DNA from: an uncultured Bacteroidaceae bacterium
GTDB lineage: Bacteria > CAIWAD01
DNA length: 64,000 nt
Reading direction: 5' to 3'
Assembly (NCBI GenBank): GCA_964568855.1
Contig: CAZMSD010000015.1
Span: 15,458-79,457 of the forward strand
The position numbers and the translations under genes were made by a program. This document shows positions 26,525-34,804 of the stretch, piece by piece (the stretch's first letter is position 1; each line of letters starts with the position of its first letter). The notes under the pieces were generated by a model. It did not search any database and was not told where the DNA came from. It saw only the letters and a program-made list of their open reading frames with translations.

Positions 26525-28171
26525 CTACTTCACCAGCACCATTTTCCTCGTATCGGTCAAGCCGCCGGTCTCAAGCGTGTAGAAATAGACTCCGGCGGAC
26601 AACATGGATGCCTCGAATACTACGCTGTGAGCGCCGTGCTCCATCATGCCGTTCACCAGGACGGCCACTTCCGCACCGGTCACATTATAGACGCGCAGGC
26701 TGACCATGCCCGTCTCCGGCACGTGATACGCGATGGTGGTCGTCGGATTGAAGGGATTCGGATAATTCTGTACCAGCTCGAAGGCGGCGGTCTGCTCATC
26801 CGCGAAAACCGCGTCGCAGCAATCGCCCACCAGGCTGACCGCGTATGATCCGTAATCGCAGGCGTAACCGTTCACGCGCAGGTAGTAGCTGCCGGCGTCC
26901 AGCGCCACGTCGTCCAGGTAGGAGGTGAAACCCGTGCACCCCTGCGCCCATCCATCGTCGTTGTAGGCGATGTAAGTGCCCTCATCCCAGGCTGCGTCGC
27001 ATGGCGGCAGATCGTAGAGCCAGAGCTTGGTGTCGAAATCCGCCTGGTTGCAGGTGTAGATGTCCAGCACGCAGGGTTCGTCGACGCTGAAGCAGTACCA
27101 GTCCTCGGCGCACTCCTCGAGCAGCTCGCCGGAATAGTCGCCGCAGGCATCGTCCAGTTCCAGGTCGCAGACCCAGTCCTCGCAGGGATCGCCCTGTCCG
27201 CAGTCCCCCGACACGTCGACCCGCCAGGTGGTCTCGTCGGGTACGTGGTCGAAGCCGTCGGGCGCAATGATGAACATGTACTCGCCCGCATCCAACCCCA
27301 CCGTAAGGGAGAGTTCCTCGCTGCCGGCGAGGGTCTCGATCACATCAAGATCGTCGCAGTCGCCGGCGGCGATCCAGATGCGATAGTCGGCGATGCAGGA
27401 GAAGGCGTCGAAAGTAACCGTGCCGTCCGCGTCCAGCGTGAACAGGAACCAGTCCAGGTCCCGGGTGTTCAGGCCGGTGTCATCGTTGAGGAAGGTGAAC
27501 AGGGTGCCGCAGTAGGCCTCGCCGCACTCCATTTCGCCGTAGGTCTCCGGGTCGAAATTGCAGCCGCCGTTGGTCAGGTCCTCGTAGGGCGGGATGTTGC
27601 CGTAGTAGGGTTCATTCTCCGGGACGGCGTCCGTGCAGTCGGGGTCCTCGCAGGGCTCGTCGCCGCCACAGGATTCCGCGGTCACCCGGACGTGGCCGCC
27701 CACGTCGTTGTAGTCGGAGATCCAGATGTAGTACTCCTCGCCGCCGCTGAAGGTGAAATGTTCGCAGCCGAAGGAGGCATACCAGGCCGGCCACTGGCCC
27801 CCGCCGCCGTTACAGGGCTCGGTTCGGTCCCAGCCGGCCAGCCAGGAGAGGTTGGTGCAGGGGCCGAGGTAGATGTCCACGTTGGTATCGCCGTCCACCA
27901 CGCTTTCCTCGTGGCAGGTGGAGAACTCGAGCTGCGAATCCGTTGCGGGCGTGTAGCGCAGCCAGGCCCCCTCGGAGGTGATGTCGTATTCCGCTTCGAA
28001 GGGAAGCGTCAGGTCCACCGCCGACTCGCAGGTGGCGAAGCGCATGGCCGGGGCGCTGTGGGGCTGCCCGTCCTTGGTGACGGGCGGGCCTACCACGGCG
28101 AGGTCGGCGAAACCGGCGCCGGACAGCAGGCCCGTCAGCAGCGCCGCACTAAGAATCTTGATCCTGAACAT
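26525..28171 (-). CDS. Cys-rich secreted protein with T9SS type-A CTD (paralog C)
   Basis: Signal peptide MFRIKILSAALLTGLLSGAGFA. Many Cys and Asp residues. C-terminal QNYPNPFNPTTTIAYHVP...GVYFYTLE...KMVLVK. Confidence 0.8.
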   Translation of the reverse strand: MFRIKILSAALLTGLLSGAGFADLAVVGPPVTKDGQPHSAPAMRFATCESAVDLTLPFEAEYDITSEGAWLRYTPATDSQLEFSTCHEESVVDGDTNVDIYLGPCTNLSWLAGWDRTEPCNGGGGQWPAWYASFGCEHFTFSGGEEYYIWISDYNDVGGHVRVTAESCGGDEPCEDPDCTDAVPENEPYYGNIPPYEDLTNGGCNFDPETYGEMECGEAYCGTLFTFLNDDTGLNTRDLDWFLFTLDADGTVTFDAFSCIADYRIWIAAGDCDDLDVIETLAGSEELSLTVGLDAGEYMFIIAPDGFDHVPDETTWRVDVSGDCGQGDPCEDWVCDLELDDACGDYSGELLEECAEDWYCFSVDEPCVLDIYTCNQADFDTKLWLYDLPPCDAAWDEGTYIAYNDDGWAQGCTGFTSYLDDVALDAGSYYLRVNGYACDYGSYAVSLVGDCCDAVFADEQTAAFELVQNYPNPFNPTTTIAYHVPETGMVSLRVYNVTGAEVAVLVNGMMEHGAHSVVFEASMLSAGVYFYTLETGGLTDTRKMVLVK

Positions 28172-28500
28172 GGGGATCCTCCGTATTTCCATTCTGTGTC
28201 TGGTCGTTTCGTGATCCGATTCTGCCGGTTCCTCGTTGCGCAATTGTAATGCCAGTCACATCCGCGGGGGGCGGTTGTCTGCATGGTCAGCGTTTCCGAA
28301 GCTGAAATACTGGGATTACGAAGTGTGGAATTCAGAAAGGTATGGATTTCGGGCAGGACGCCGAATCAATCAAGCGGTAGTTCGGAAGGGCCAAAGTGGT
28401 TCATTTGGCTATTGACCGTGGAGATAACCCTCCAGCGGGCATGGTCGGCACCCCGATCGGTGAATAACACAACAAAAGGGCCCCGACCGCTTGGATGGGT

Positions 28501-28535
28501 AGAAAAAGCCCCCACCTGCAGGCGCAAGTGGGGGC
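28501..28535 (-). terminator. Rho-independent terminator after paralog B
   Basis: Minus strand reads GCCCCCACTTGCGCCTGCAGGTGGGGGC followed by TTTTTCT. Confidence 0.7.
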
Positions 28536-28590
28536 ATCGCAATCGCAACGTATGACGTTCTGCTTATTCAGCAGATGGGCAAGCCGTGGC

Positions 28591-29787
28591 TTACTTCAGA
28601 AGCACCATCTTCTTCGTGTTGCTGAAGTTCTCGGCTTCCAGCGTATAGAAATAGACGCCGGTGGCCAGGTCCGCAGCGTTGAAGGTGACCGTGTGCTCGC
28701 CCTGCTCGACCATTCCGCTCACCAGGGTGCTCACCAGGTCGCCGCTCAGGTTGTAGACCTGCAGGCTGACCTCGCCCGTCTGGGGCACGGAGAACTCGAT
28801 GGAGGTGGAGGGATTGAAGGGATTCGGGTAGTTCTGGCCCAGCGCGAAGTCCACGGGAACTTCCTCGGCCTCGCTGTAGGGGCAGTCCAGGACGCAGAGC
28901 AGGAAGTCTCCGCAGGCGGTATCGTAACCATCGACCGCGATGTAGGTGCGGCCGGCCGGCAGCCAGCAGCAGATCTCCGACTGCAGTCCGCAGCTGTCGT
29001 CGTTGCCGCCGATCTGCACGCCGTACTCATCGAAGAGCCCAACGCAGGTGTCGTAGGTGGATCCGCAGAGGTCGACCTGTACATGGGTAAGGTCCGCCAG
29101 GTCGACGTAATACCACATGTCCTTGCCCAGGCCGCTGCTGGCATAGAGCGTGTTCTTCCAGCAGAGACCGTACCCATACGGGCCCGTGGTGTCGGTGGCG
29201 TCGCAGGTGTTGCCCGCGATGCAGTCGCCGTTCAAGGTCACCGGCAGGGCTCCCGCCATGGTGTCGTTCTCGGGCGGCTCGGGCGGCGCGCCGCACTCGG
29301 TGAAGGACACTTCGAGAGTCATCGTGTCGGTCAGGTCGTCGCTGTAGTACTCATTGAACAGGATGTAGTGCATTACGCCGTCGGCGAAGATGAACTCATC
29401 GCAGTACAAGTAGGTCGCCCACGAAGCGTACTGGCAGTTGGAATCGCCGTCCCGGTAATAAACCTGGGTCAGGTTCTGGCAATCGCCCGTGTAGATCCAG
29501 AGCTGGGAGTCGAAGTTCGTGCCGGGCAGGCAGGTCTCGATTTCCAGTCCGTTGCCGTCTCCCATGTACGAGAACCACACCTGACCGGGACCAACCTCGT
29601 TGTAGGTGGTGCCCACGACCACCGGAATGGCCGTGTCGCAGTCGTTGGCCCGGGGCGTGTAGTCGCCCTGCGAAGCGGCGTAGATCTTGCGATCCAGTTC
29701 CGAGTCGGCGAAAGCCGTGGCGCAGGTTCCAGCCATCACGGCCATCGCAAGAATGTACCTCACATTCATCATCGTCTCTCCTTTCAC
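28591..29787 (-). CDS. Cys-rich secreted protein with T9SS type-A CTD (paralog B)
   Basis: Signal peptide MMNVRYILAMAVMAGTCATAFA. C-terminal GQNYPNPFNPSTSIEFSVP...GVYFYTLE...KMVLLK. Confidence 0.8.
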   Translation of the reverse strand: MKGETMMNVRYILAMAVMAGTCATAFADSELDRKIYAASQGDYTPRANDCDTAIPVVVGTTYNEVGPGQVWFSYMGDGNGLEIETCLPGTNFDSQLWIYTGDCQNLTQVYYRDGDSNCQYASWATYLYCDEFIFADGVMHYILFNEYYSDDLTDTMTLEVSFTECGAPPEPPENDTMAGALPVTLNGDCIAGNTCDATDTTGPYGYGLCWKNTLYASSGLGKDMWYYVDLADLTHVQVDLCGSTYDTCVGLFDEYGVQIGGNDDSCGLQSEICCWLPAGRTYIAVDGYDTACGDFLLCVLDCPYSEAEEVPVDFALGQNYPNPFNPSTSIEFSVPQTGEVSLQVYNLSGDLVSTLVSGMVEQGEHTVTFNAADLATGVYFYTLEAENFSNTKKMVLLK

Positions 29788-30025
29788 AGTCCTGAGTTAG
29801 GGGTATATCTGGATGTCTTTTCGTCAGACCATGGGAAACGCGCTGATGGTGCTGCGCATCAGCGAAGTTGACTGTTGTTCAAAGCTGTTTCCAGGCTTCA
29901 GGACAAGCTGCTAACCGCAAAATGCGCGCCATTCTCGGTTGAAAGCAGCATAACATTGAAATTGTTGTTTTTAATCGAATTCCAGCCTATCGCAGGAGTA
30001 CTGAATGTCCCTTCAGTTTGTAAGC

Positions 30026-30059
30026 TGTCGGAACTTGAACATGATTCGCCCGATATTGG
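30026..30059 (+). promoter_or_regulatory. conserved box TGTCGGAACTTGAACA-N6-GCCCGATATTGG, 239 nt upstream of paralog B
   Basis: A 16-nt core identical to the box at 32195, with the same downstream GCCCGATA element. Confidence 0.5.
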
Positions 30060-30230
30060 ACTCAATAACTCCACCGACGCGAAGCTGGGATCGATCGCGG
30101 CGCCGCATGCTGCAAGCAGCTGGAAGCTGATCGACCGGTCGATGCCACCTGCGCCCAAGTCGCCGGATGTCGTTACATGAAAATGCTCCTGGTTCACGTT
30201 CACACGACCGGCGCCCGACCGCTGGCATTT

Positions 30231-30271
30231 GGTTGAAAAAGAGGCCCCCGACCGCCACAGCGGCCGGGGGC
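30231..30271 (-). terminator. Rho-independent terminator after paralog A
   Basis: Minus strand reads GCCCCCGGCCGCTGTGGCGGTCGGGGGCC followed by TCTTTTTCAA. Confidence 0.7.
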
Positions 30272-30325
30272 AAGGGTGATGCTGTCGGTGCGCAGTACGC
30301 GGACAGCGGTCCTAAACGAAGCAGC

Positions 30326-31996
30326 TTACTTCGCCAGCACCATCTTCTTGGTGCTGCTCAGACCGGCCGTCTCGAGCGTGTAGAAGTACACACCGGAGCT
30401 CAAATTGCTGGCATCGAAGGTGACGCTCTGCTCGCCACGCTCCATCATCCCATTCACCAGGGTGGCCACCACTTCGCCGTTCAGGTTGTAGACCTTCAGG
30501 CTGGTCAGACCGGCCTCGGGCACCGTGAAGTCGATGGTGGTCGCCGGGTTGAAGGGATTCGGGTAGTTCTGGCCCAGCGTGAAGTCGGCCGCCAGCTCGT
30601 TCGCCTCGACGCAGTCGTCCTCGTACCACCAGCAGATGCTCACCTGGTCGCAAATGCTGATCGGCGAGTCTACCCAGAAGGTCTGGTAGTAGTCGGGCGC
30701 ACTGTCGTACTCGAAGAAGAACAGGCCGGTGCTGGAGTTGATGTCCGCGCAGGGTGGGTCACCGCCCGTCCACAGGTAGGTGCTGCCGTCGATGCAGGGG
30801 CCGCCCCAGGCCATGGGATCCACTGCGGGATCGCCGCCCGGCAGGAAGCAGTAGGCCAGGCCGATGCAGCCGTCGGAGGGCAGGAAGAACGAGAACCAGT
30901 ACTCGCCGGCGTCCATCGGGGTGGCGGGCACGCAGGGATAGGTTCCATGCCATCCGCTCACATCGGTGAAGTTGCACCAGTCGCAGAGGTTCAGGTTCAT
31001 CGAACCGGCATTGTCGTAACCCATGTAGTTCATGTAGTCCAGGTCGGTGGTCAGGACGTCCGGATTCGTGCAGTCGTTGTCCTCGTCACAGCAGATCTCG
31101 CAGTCCATGGCGATGATGTACGGACCGGGGGCCGACCAGTCGGTGCGAACCTCGACCATGTAGTAGCCTGGCTGCAGGCAGCACTCGAGGTGCGAGTCGT
31201 AGCCTTCGCCGCCGTCGTCGTCATAGCAACCCACGGGTACGCAGTTCATGTCGTAGATCTCGATCGCCGGATCCAGGCCGAAGCCGAAAGGCGGCATGCC
31301 AAAGGTGTCATCGCCGTAGACGTCGAAGATCACGTTGGTCTCTTCGTCAAGGGAGAACCAGAACCAGTCGCTGTCGCCGGAATCCAGGATCTCGCCGCAC
31401 TTGGCCTGATCGCAGTTGATGTCGTTCAGGTAGTCGCCGCAGTAGTCGCCCGGGGTCGGGTAGTCGTCCACGTGCCAGATCAAGCCATCGGGGCAGACGA
31501 ACTCTTCGGGAGCTTCGCAGCAGGTGAACTCGATCGTGAAATCGCCGGCGTTGCCGTAGTAGTCGGCGATCATGATGAAGTAGTCTTCACCCAGATCGAA
31601 GAGCATGTCGCTGCATTCCATGTAGGTCTGCCAGCCGTTGCCCCAGGCACAGTTGCCGTCGCCGTCGCGGTAGAACAAGAGGGTTCCGCCGCACTCGTCG
31701 TAGATGTAGAGATCCGTGTCAAGATCCGGAGTCGCCTCGAAACAGGTGGCGATCTCAAGACCAACACCTTCTCCCACGTACTCGAACCACTGCACGCCAC
31801 CCGCCGTCAGGGTGTAGACGGCCGGGCCGTAGTCGCAGTCGATAACGATAGCTTCTTCACAGGTGTTGTCACGATCGACGGGCACTTCAGGCCTGTCCCG
31901 CTTCTCGACGGTCACGCTCTGCATCTCCATCGTGGCAAAGCTTGTGCCGGCAAGCAGCCCAAGCAAGGCCATGCTACAGATGATTCGCTTCTTCAT
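30326..31996 (-). CDS. Cys-rich secreted protein with T9SS type-A CTD (paralog A)
   Basis: Signal peptide MKKRIICSMALLGLLAGTSFA. N-terminal region (CEEAIVIDCDYG...WFEYVGEG.GLEIATC) shared with paralogs B and C. C-terminal GQNYPNPFNPATTIDFTVP...GVYFYTLE...KMVLAK. Confidence 0.8.
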   Translation of the reverse strand: MKKRIICSMALLGLLAGTSFATMEMQSVTVEKRDRPEVPVDRDNTCEEAIVIDCDYGPAVYTLTAGGVQWFEYVGEGVGLEIATCFEATPDLDTDLYIYDECGGTLLFYRDGDGNCAWGNGWQTYMECSDMLFDLGEDYFIMIADYYGNAGDFTIEFTCCEAPEEFVCPDGLIWHVDDYPTPGDYCGDYLNDINCDQAKCGEILDSGDSDWFWFSLDEETNVIFDVYGDDTFGMPPFGFGLDPAIEIYDMNCVPVGCYDDDGGEGYDSHLECCLQPGYYMVEVRTDWSAPGPYIIAMDCEICCDEDNDCTNPDVLTTDLDYMNYMGYDNAGSMNLNLCDWCNFTDVSGWHGTYPCVPATPMDAGEYWFSFFLPSDGCIGLAYCFLPGGDPAVDPMAWGGPCIDGSTYLWTGGDPPCADINSSTGLFFFEYDSAPDYYQTFWVDSPISICDQVSICWWYEDDCVEANELAADFTLGQNYPNPFNPATTIDFTVPEAGLTSLKVYNLNGEVVATLVNGMMERGEQSVTFDASNLSSGVYFYTLETAGLSSTKKMVLAK

Positions 31997-32194
31997 AAGG
32001 GTCCTCCCACAAAGCTTTAGGGGTTGTGAAATGAGTTTATGTGGTTGTTTAGTGACGAATCGGCTTTAGGACGAGTCTTTTGGAGCAAGAGGCGTGCCAG
32101 AGTATTCAGACAATTATCCAAGATCAAAGAGCTTTGAAAATCAGGCACTTGAACTATCGCTGAATCCCACTCAGGTCTCAATCCCGGTACGAGA

Positions 32195-32227
32195 TGTCGG
32201 AACTTGAACAGCTCTTGCCCGATACTG
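32195..32227 (+). promoter_or_regulatory. conserved box TGTCGGAACTTGAACA-N6-GCCCGATACTG, 199 nt upstream of paralog A
   Basis: See the box at 30026. The flanking sequence is otherwise unrelated. Confidence 0.5.
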
Positions 32228-32594
32228 CACGAAGTCCCACACTATTATTTGGTCTGAAGTGGCCGTGAGAGTGTCTAAAGCTATTATATTTCTGAATGGT
32301 CAAGTTCGTCGACAATTATCTTCTGCTTGTGATTCCAAGGAAGGAAGTATACATAGAAACTGTATGCGAGTTGATCCGCATTCCCTCGTCGGAGAATTGA
32401 AGCTGCTCAGCCAAAGTCAGAATTCTCGGTAGCGAGAAAGCTTCGCAGCGTCCATCGGCGTACTCCTTTGTGCAGCGCAGTCGGTAAGGCCGGGAAAATG
32501 GGACTCTGAAGCCAGGCTGTTCTGTGCTCAACGGCGAACATGTGATAAATTCGAACACGTCGCATCAGCTGAATCCAGCGAGGAAAACCGCACG

Positions 32595-33788
32595 ATGAAA
32601 ATCATCCCCGCCCGCCGCACGGAGAACATCCGCTATGCCGTCCGGGACGTTATCCTGGTGGCGGATGAGGCGAAGCAACAGGGCCTGGAAATGCTGTACC
32701 TCAATATCGGGGACCCCAATCCCTACGGCTTCCGCACACCGCCCCACATTATAGAGGCGACCATCGAGGCCTTGCAGGCCAACCACAACGGCTACAGCCC
32801 TTCCTCGGGAATCGAAGAGGCGCTGGCGGCCATCCGGCGGGAGGCCGAACGCAAAGACATTCGCGAAGTCCGCGACGTCTTCATCGGCACTGGGGCATCG
32901 GAGGCCATCGAAATCGCGCTCAGCGCCCTTGTAAACCCGGGCGAGAATTTCCTCATTCCTTATCCGGGTTACCCTCTGTACAGCGCCCTGCTCTGCAAGC
33001 TGGACGCGGAAATCCGGCCCTATCACCTGGACGAGGACCATGGCTGGCAACCGGACCTCGCCGACATCGAAGCCAAGATCGACGACCGCAGCCGCGGAAT
33101 CGTGCTGATCAATCCCAACAATCCCACCGGTTCAAACTGCGGCGAAGACACACTGCGGCAGGTCGTGGAACTCTGCCGCCGCAACGGCATGGTCCTGTTC
33201 TCGGACGAGATCTACGACAAGCTGCTCTACGACGGCGGCCGGCACATCAGCACGGGCTCCCTCTGCGACGATGTCTGCGTGCTGACCTTCAACGGCCTCT
33301 CGAAAAACTACGTGGCGCCCGGCTTCAGGCTGGGCTGGTGCATCGTGTCGGGTCCCGAGGAAACCTGCACGGAATACCTGGACGCCATGCTCAAGCTGAC
33401 CCGGGCCAGGCTCTGCGCCAACCACCCGGAGCAGTACGCCATCCAGCCGGCCCTGGAAGGGGACCAGAGCCACCTTCGCGAAATGAACGAAACCCTGCGG
33501 CGCCGCGCCGAACTGACGGACCGGATGCTCAATTCCATCGAGGGCATTTCCTGCGTCCGGCCGGGGGGCGCCTTCTACGCCTACCCTCGACTGGAAATCG
33601 AAGAAGCGGACAGCGACTTCGTGCGCGCGCTGATCCTCGAAACGGGTGTGGTGGTGGTTCCCGGCGACGGTTTCGGCCAGCGTCCAGGTACGCGCCATTT
33701 CCGGGTGGTGACTCTTCCCGGAGACGAGATCCTGGAAAAGGCCTACGGACGTCTCGCGGAGTTCGCAGCGGCCCGGCTGCGCCGCTAA
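32595..33788 (+). CDS. pyridoxal-phosphate-dependent class I aminotransferase (AlaA/AspC-like)
   Basis: Motifs NPNNPTGS and SKNYVAPGFRLGW (PLP-binding lysine). 397 aa. GAGGAAAA Shine-Dalgarno. Confidence 0.85.
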   Translation: MKIIPARRTENIRYAVRDVILVADEAKQQGLEMLYLNIGDPNPYGFRTPPHIIEATIEALQANHNGYSPSSGIEEALAAIRREAERKDIREVRDVFIGTGASEAIEIALSALVNPGENFLIPYPGYPLYSALLCKLDAEIRPYHLDEDHGWQPDLADIEAKIDDRSRGIVLINPNNPTGSNCGEDTLRQVVELCRRNGMVLFSDEIYDKLLYDGGRHISTGSLCDDVCVLTFNGLSKNYVAPGFRLGWCIVSGPEETCTEYLDAMLKLTRARLCANHPEQYAIQPALEGDQSHLREMNETLRRRAELTDRMLNSIEGISCVRPGGAFYAYPRLEIEEADSDFVRALILETGVVVVPGDGFGQRPGTRHFRVVTLPGDEILEKAYGRLAEFAAARLRR

Positions 33789-34804
33789 CCCGTGTACAGA
33801 ATACGCTTGGAGCCGCTGCGTATCACAACGGAGCTATGTTTGAGTGCGACCATGAAGGCATGCCGCCATGTTGCGAGGATTGACTGTCCAATATCGAGCA
33901 CCTGCGGCGGGAATTGGACACTCTCAAGGCAGCCGGCCCGTCATGGGAAATTGCAAGCTGTTGAATAATTTGAACTAAGCGAACTCCCATCCGTTGGCAC
34001 ATCTCTTGCACAACGACCACCGGATCGGGTTCTTCAGAAAAGAATGATCCTGGGTGCTGAATGGACAAGATTTTTGAAGTTCACAACTTCACAATGGATG
34101 ACCTGCCCGCTGTTAGGCAGATGGCGCGCCGGGTTATCTTCCATTCAAACCTCCTAATCTCCTCACCCGTATTTCTGATTTTGCTATTGGTTCTGTGTCT
34201 TTTCGGCATGTAACCAGGATCAAAGCCGCTATCTTTTTCTGAAGAGCCCTTTCCATCTTTCAATCAGAAGCAATCTCAAAATAGAGTTGCATGTCCCGTC
34301 AAGGGACTGGTTCATCGAATGGAGGTTCGTCTCTCTCACAAGCATTTGTTGTCCGTCGACCCTGTTCAGCCTGTTCGATTATGGGCATGCGTAGCGGCTA
34401 CTGCCCATCTCCCACAAGCGTCTGAGTTATAAGGGGTTATAAACTGGATTCTGGAGTTAGATCGACGGCTGAGCCTTTTGAGGTGCTCGATTTAGGACAA
34501 CGCGGCAAAATCAGAATACAGTCCCTGTGAAGGAGCTGTAGACGCTAGTGCTTGTTTTCCTTATACCTGCAAGAAACCCGTTCGTGGAAGAAGCTATGGC
34601 ATAATGCTTGCTGTGCTTCTCGCCCGAATGGGTTTCTTGTTGAGAAGTGATTGGTAGGCAGGCACCCCCATTTCAGCGGGCTTTGTACCCCCCTTCACAA
34701 AGTCTGTTCTGAACCCCTTCTCGACACCACCGTTTGATTTTGCTAATTCACCGCCTGCCCGCCGATCGCGCCGCTATCAACCAGGAACCCATTTTTTCTC
34801 TCTC

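Noticed and set aside
30026-30059. Calling the conserved box a definite ECF-sigma or sigma-54 promoter
   Set aside because: GGAACTT-N16-CGATA fits ECF -35 and -10 spacing only on the plus strand, opposite to the cargo genes. The sigma-54 GG-N10-GC match holds for one copy only. I kept it as an unassigned regulatory box.
27245-32020. Long plus-strand ORFs (334, 458 and 617 aa) opposite the three T9SS cargo paralogs
   Set aside because: The minus-strand ORFs carry signal peptides plus the conserved Por C-terminal domains. The plus-strand products are His/Val/Gly-rich and featureless.
26182-32594. Integron-like cassette array (attC-like hairpins after each gene)
   Set aside because: The three genes are paralogs rather than unrelated cassettes. 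The hairpins are GC stems followed by T-tracts on the coding strand (intrinsic terminators). No integrase is nearby.
34081-34263. 60-aa Lys/Arg-rich ORF in the AT-rich island
   Set aside because: No Shine-Dalgarno. The composition looks like random translation of AT-rich DNA. It is more likely a non-coding region.
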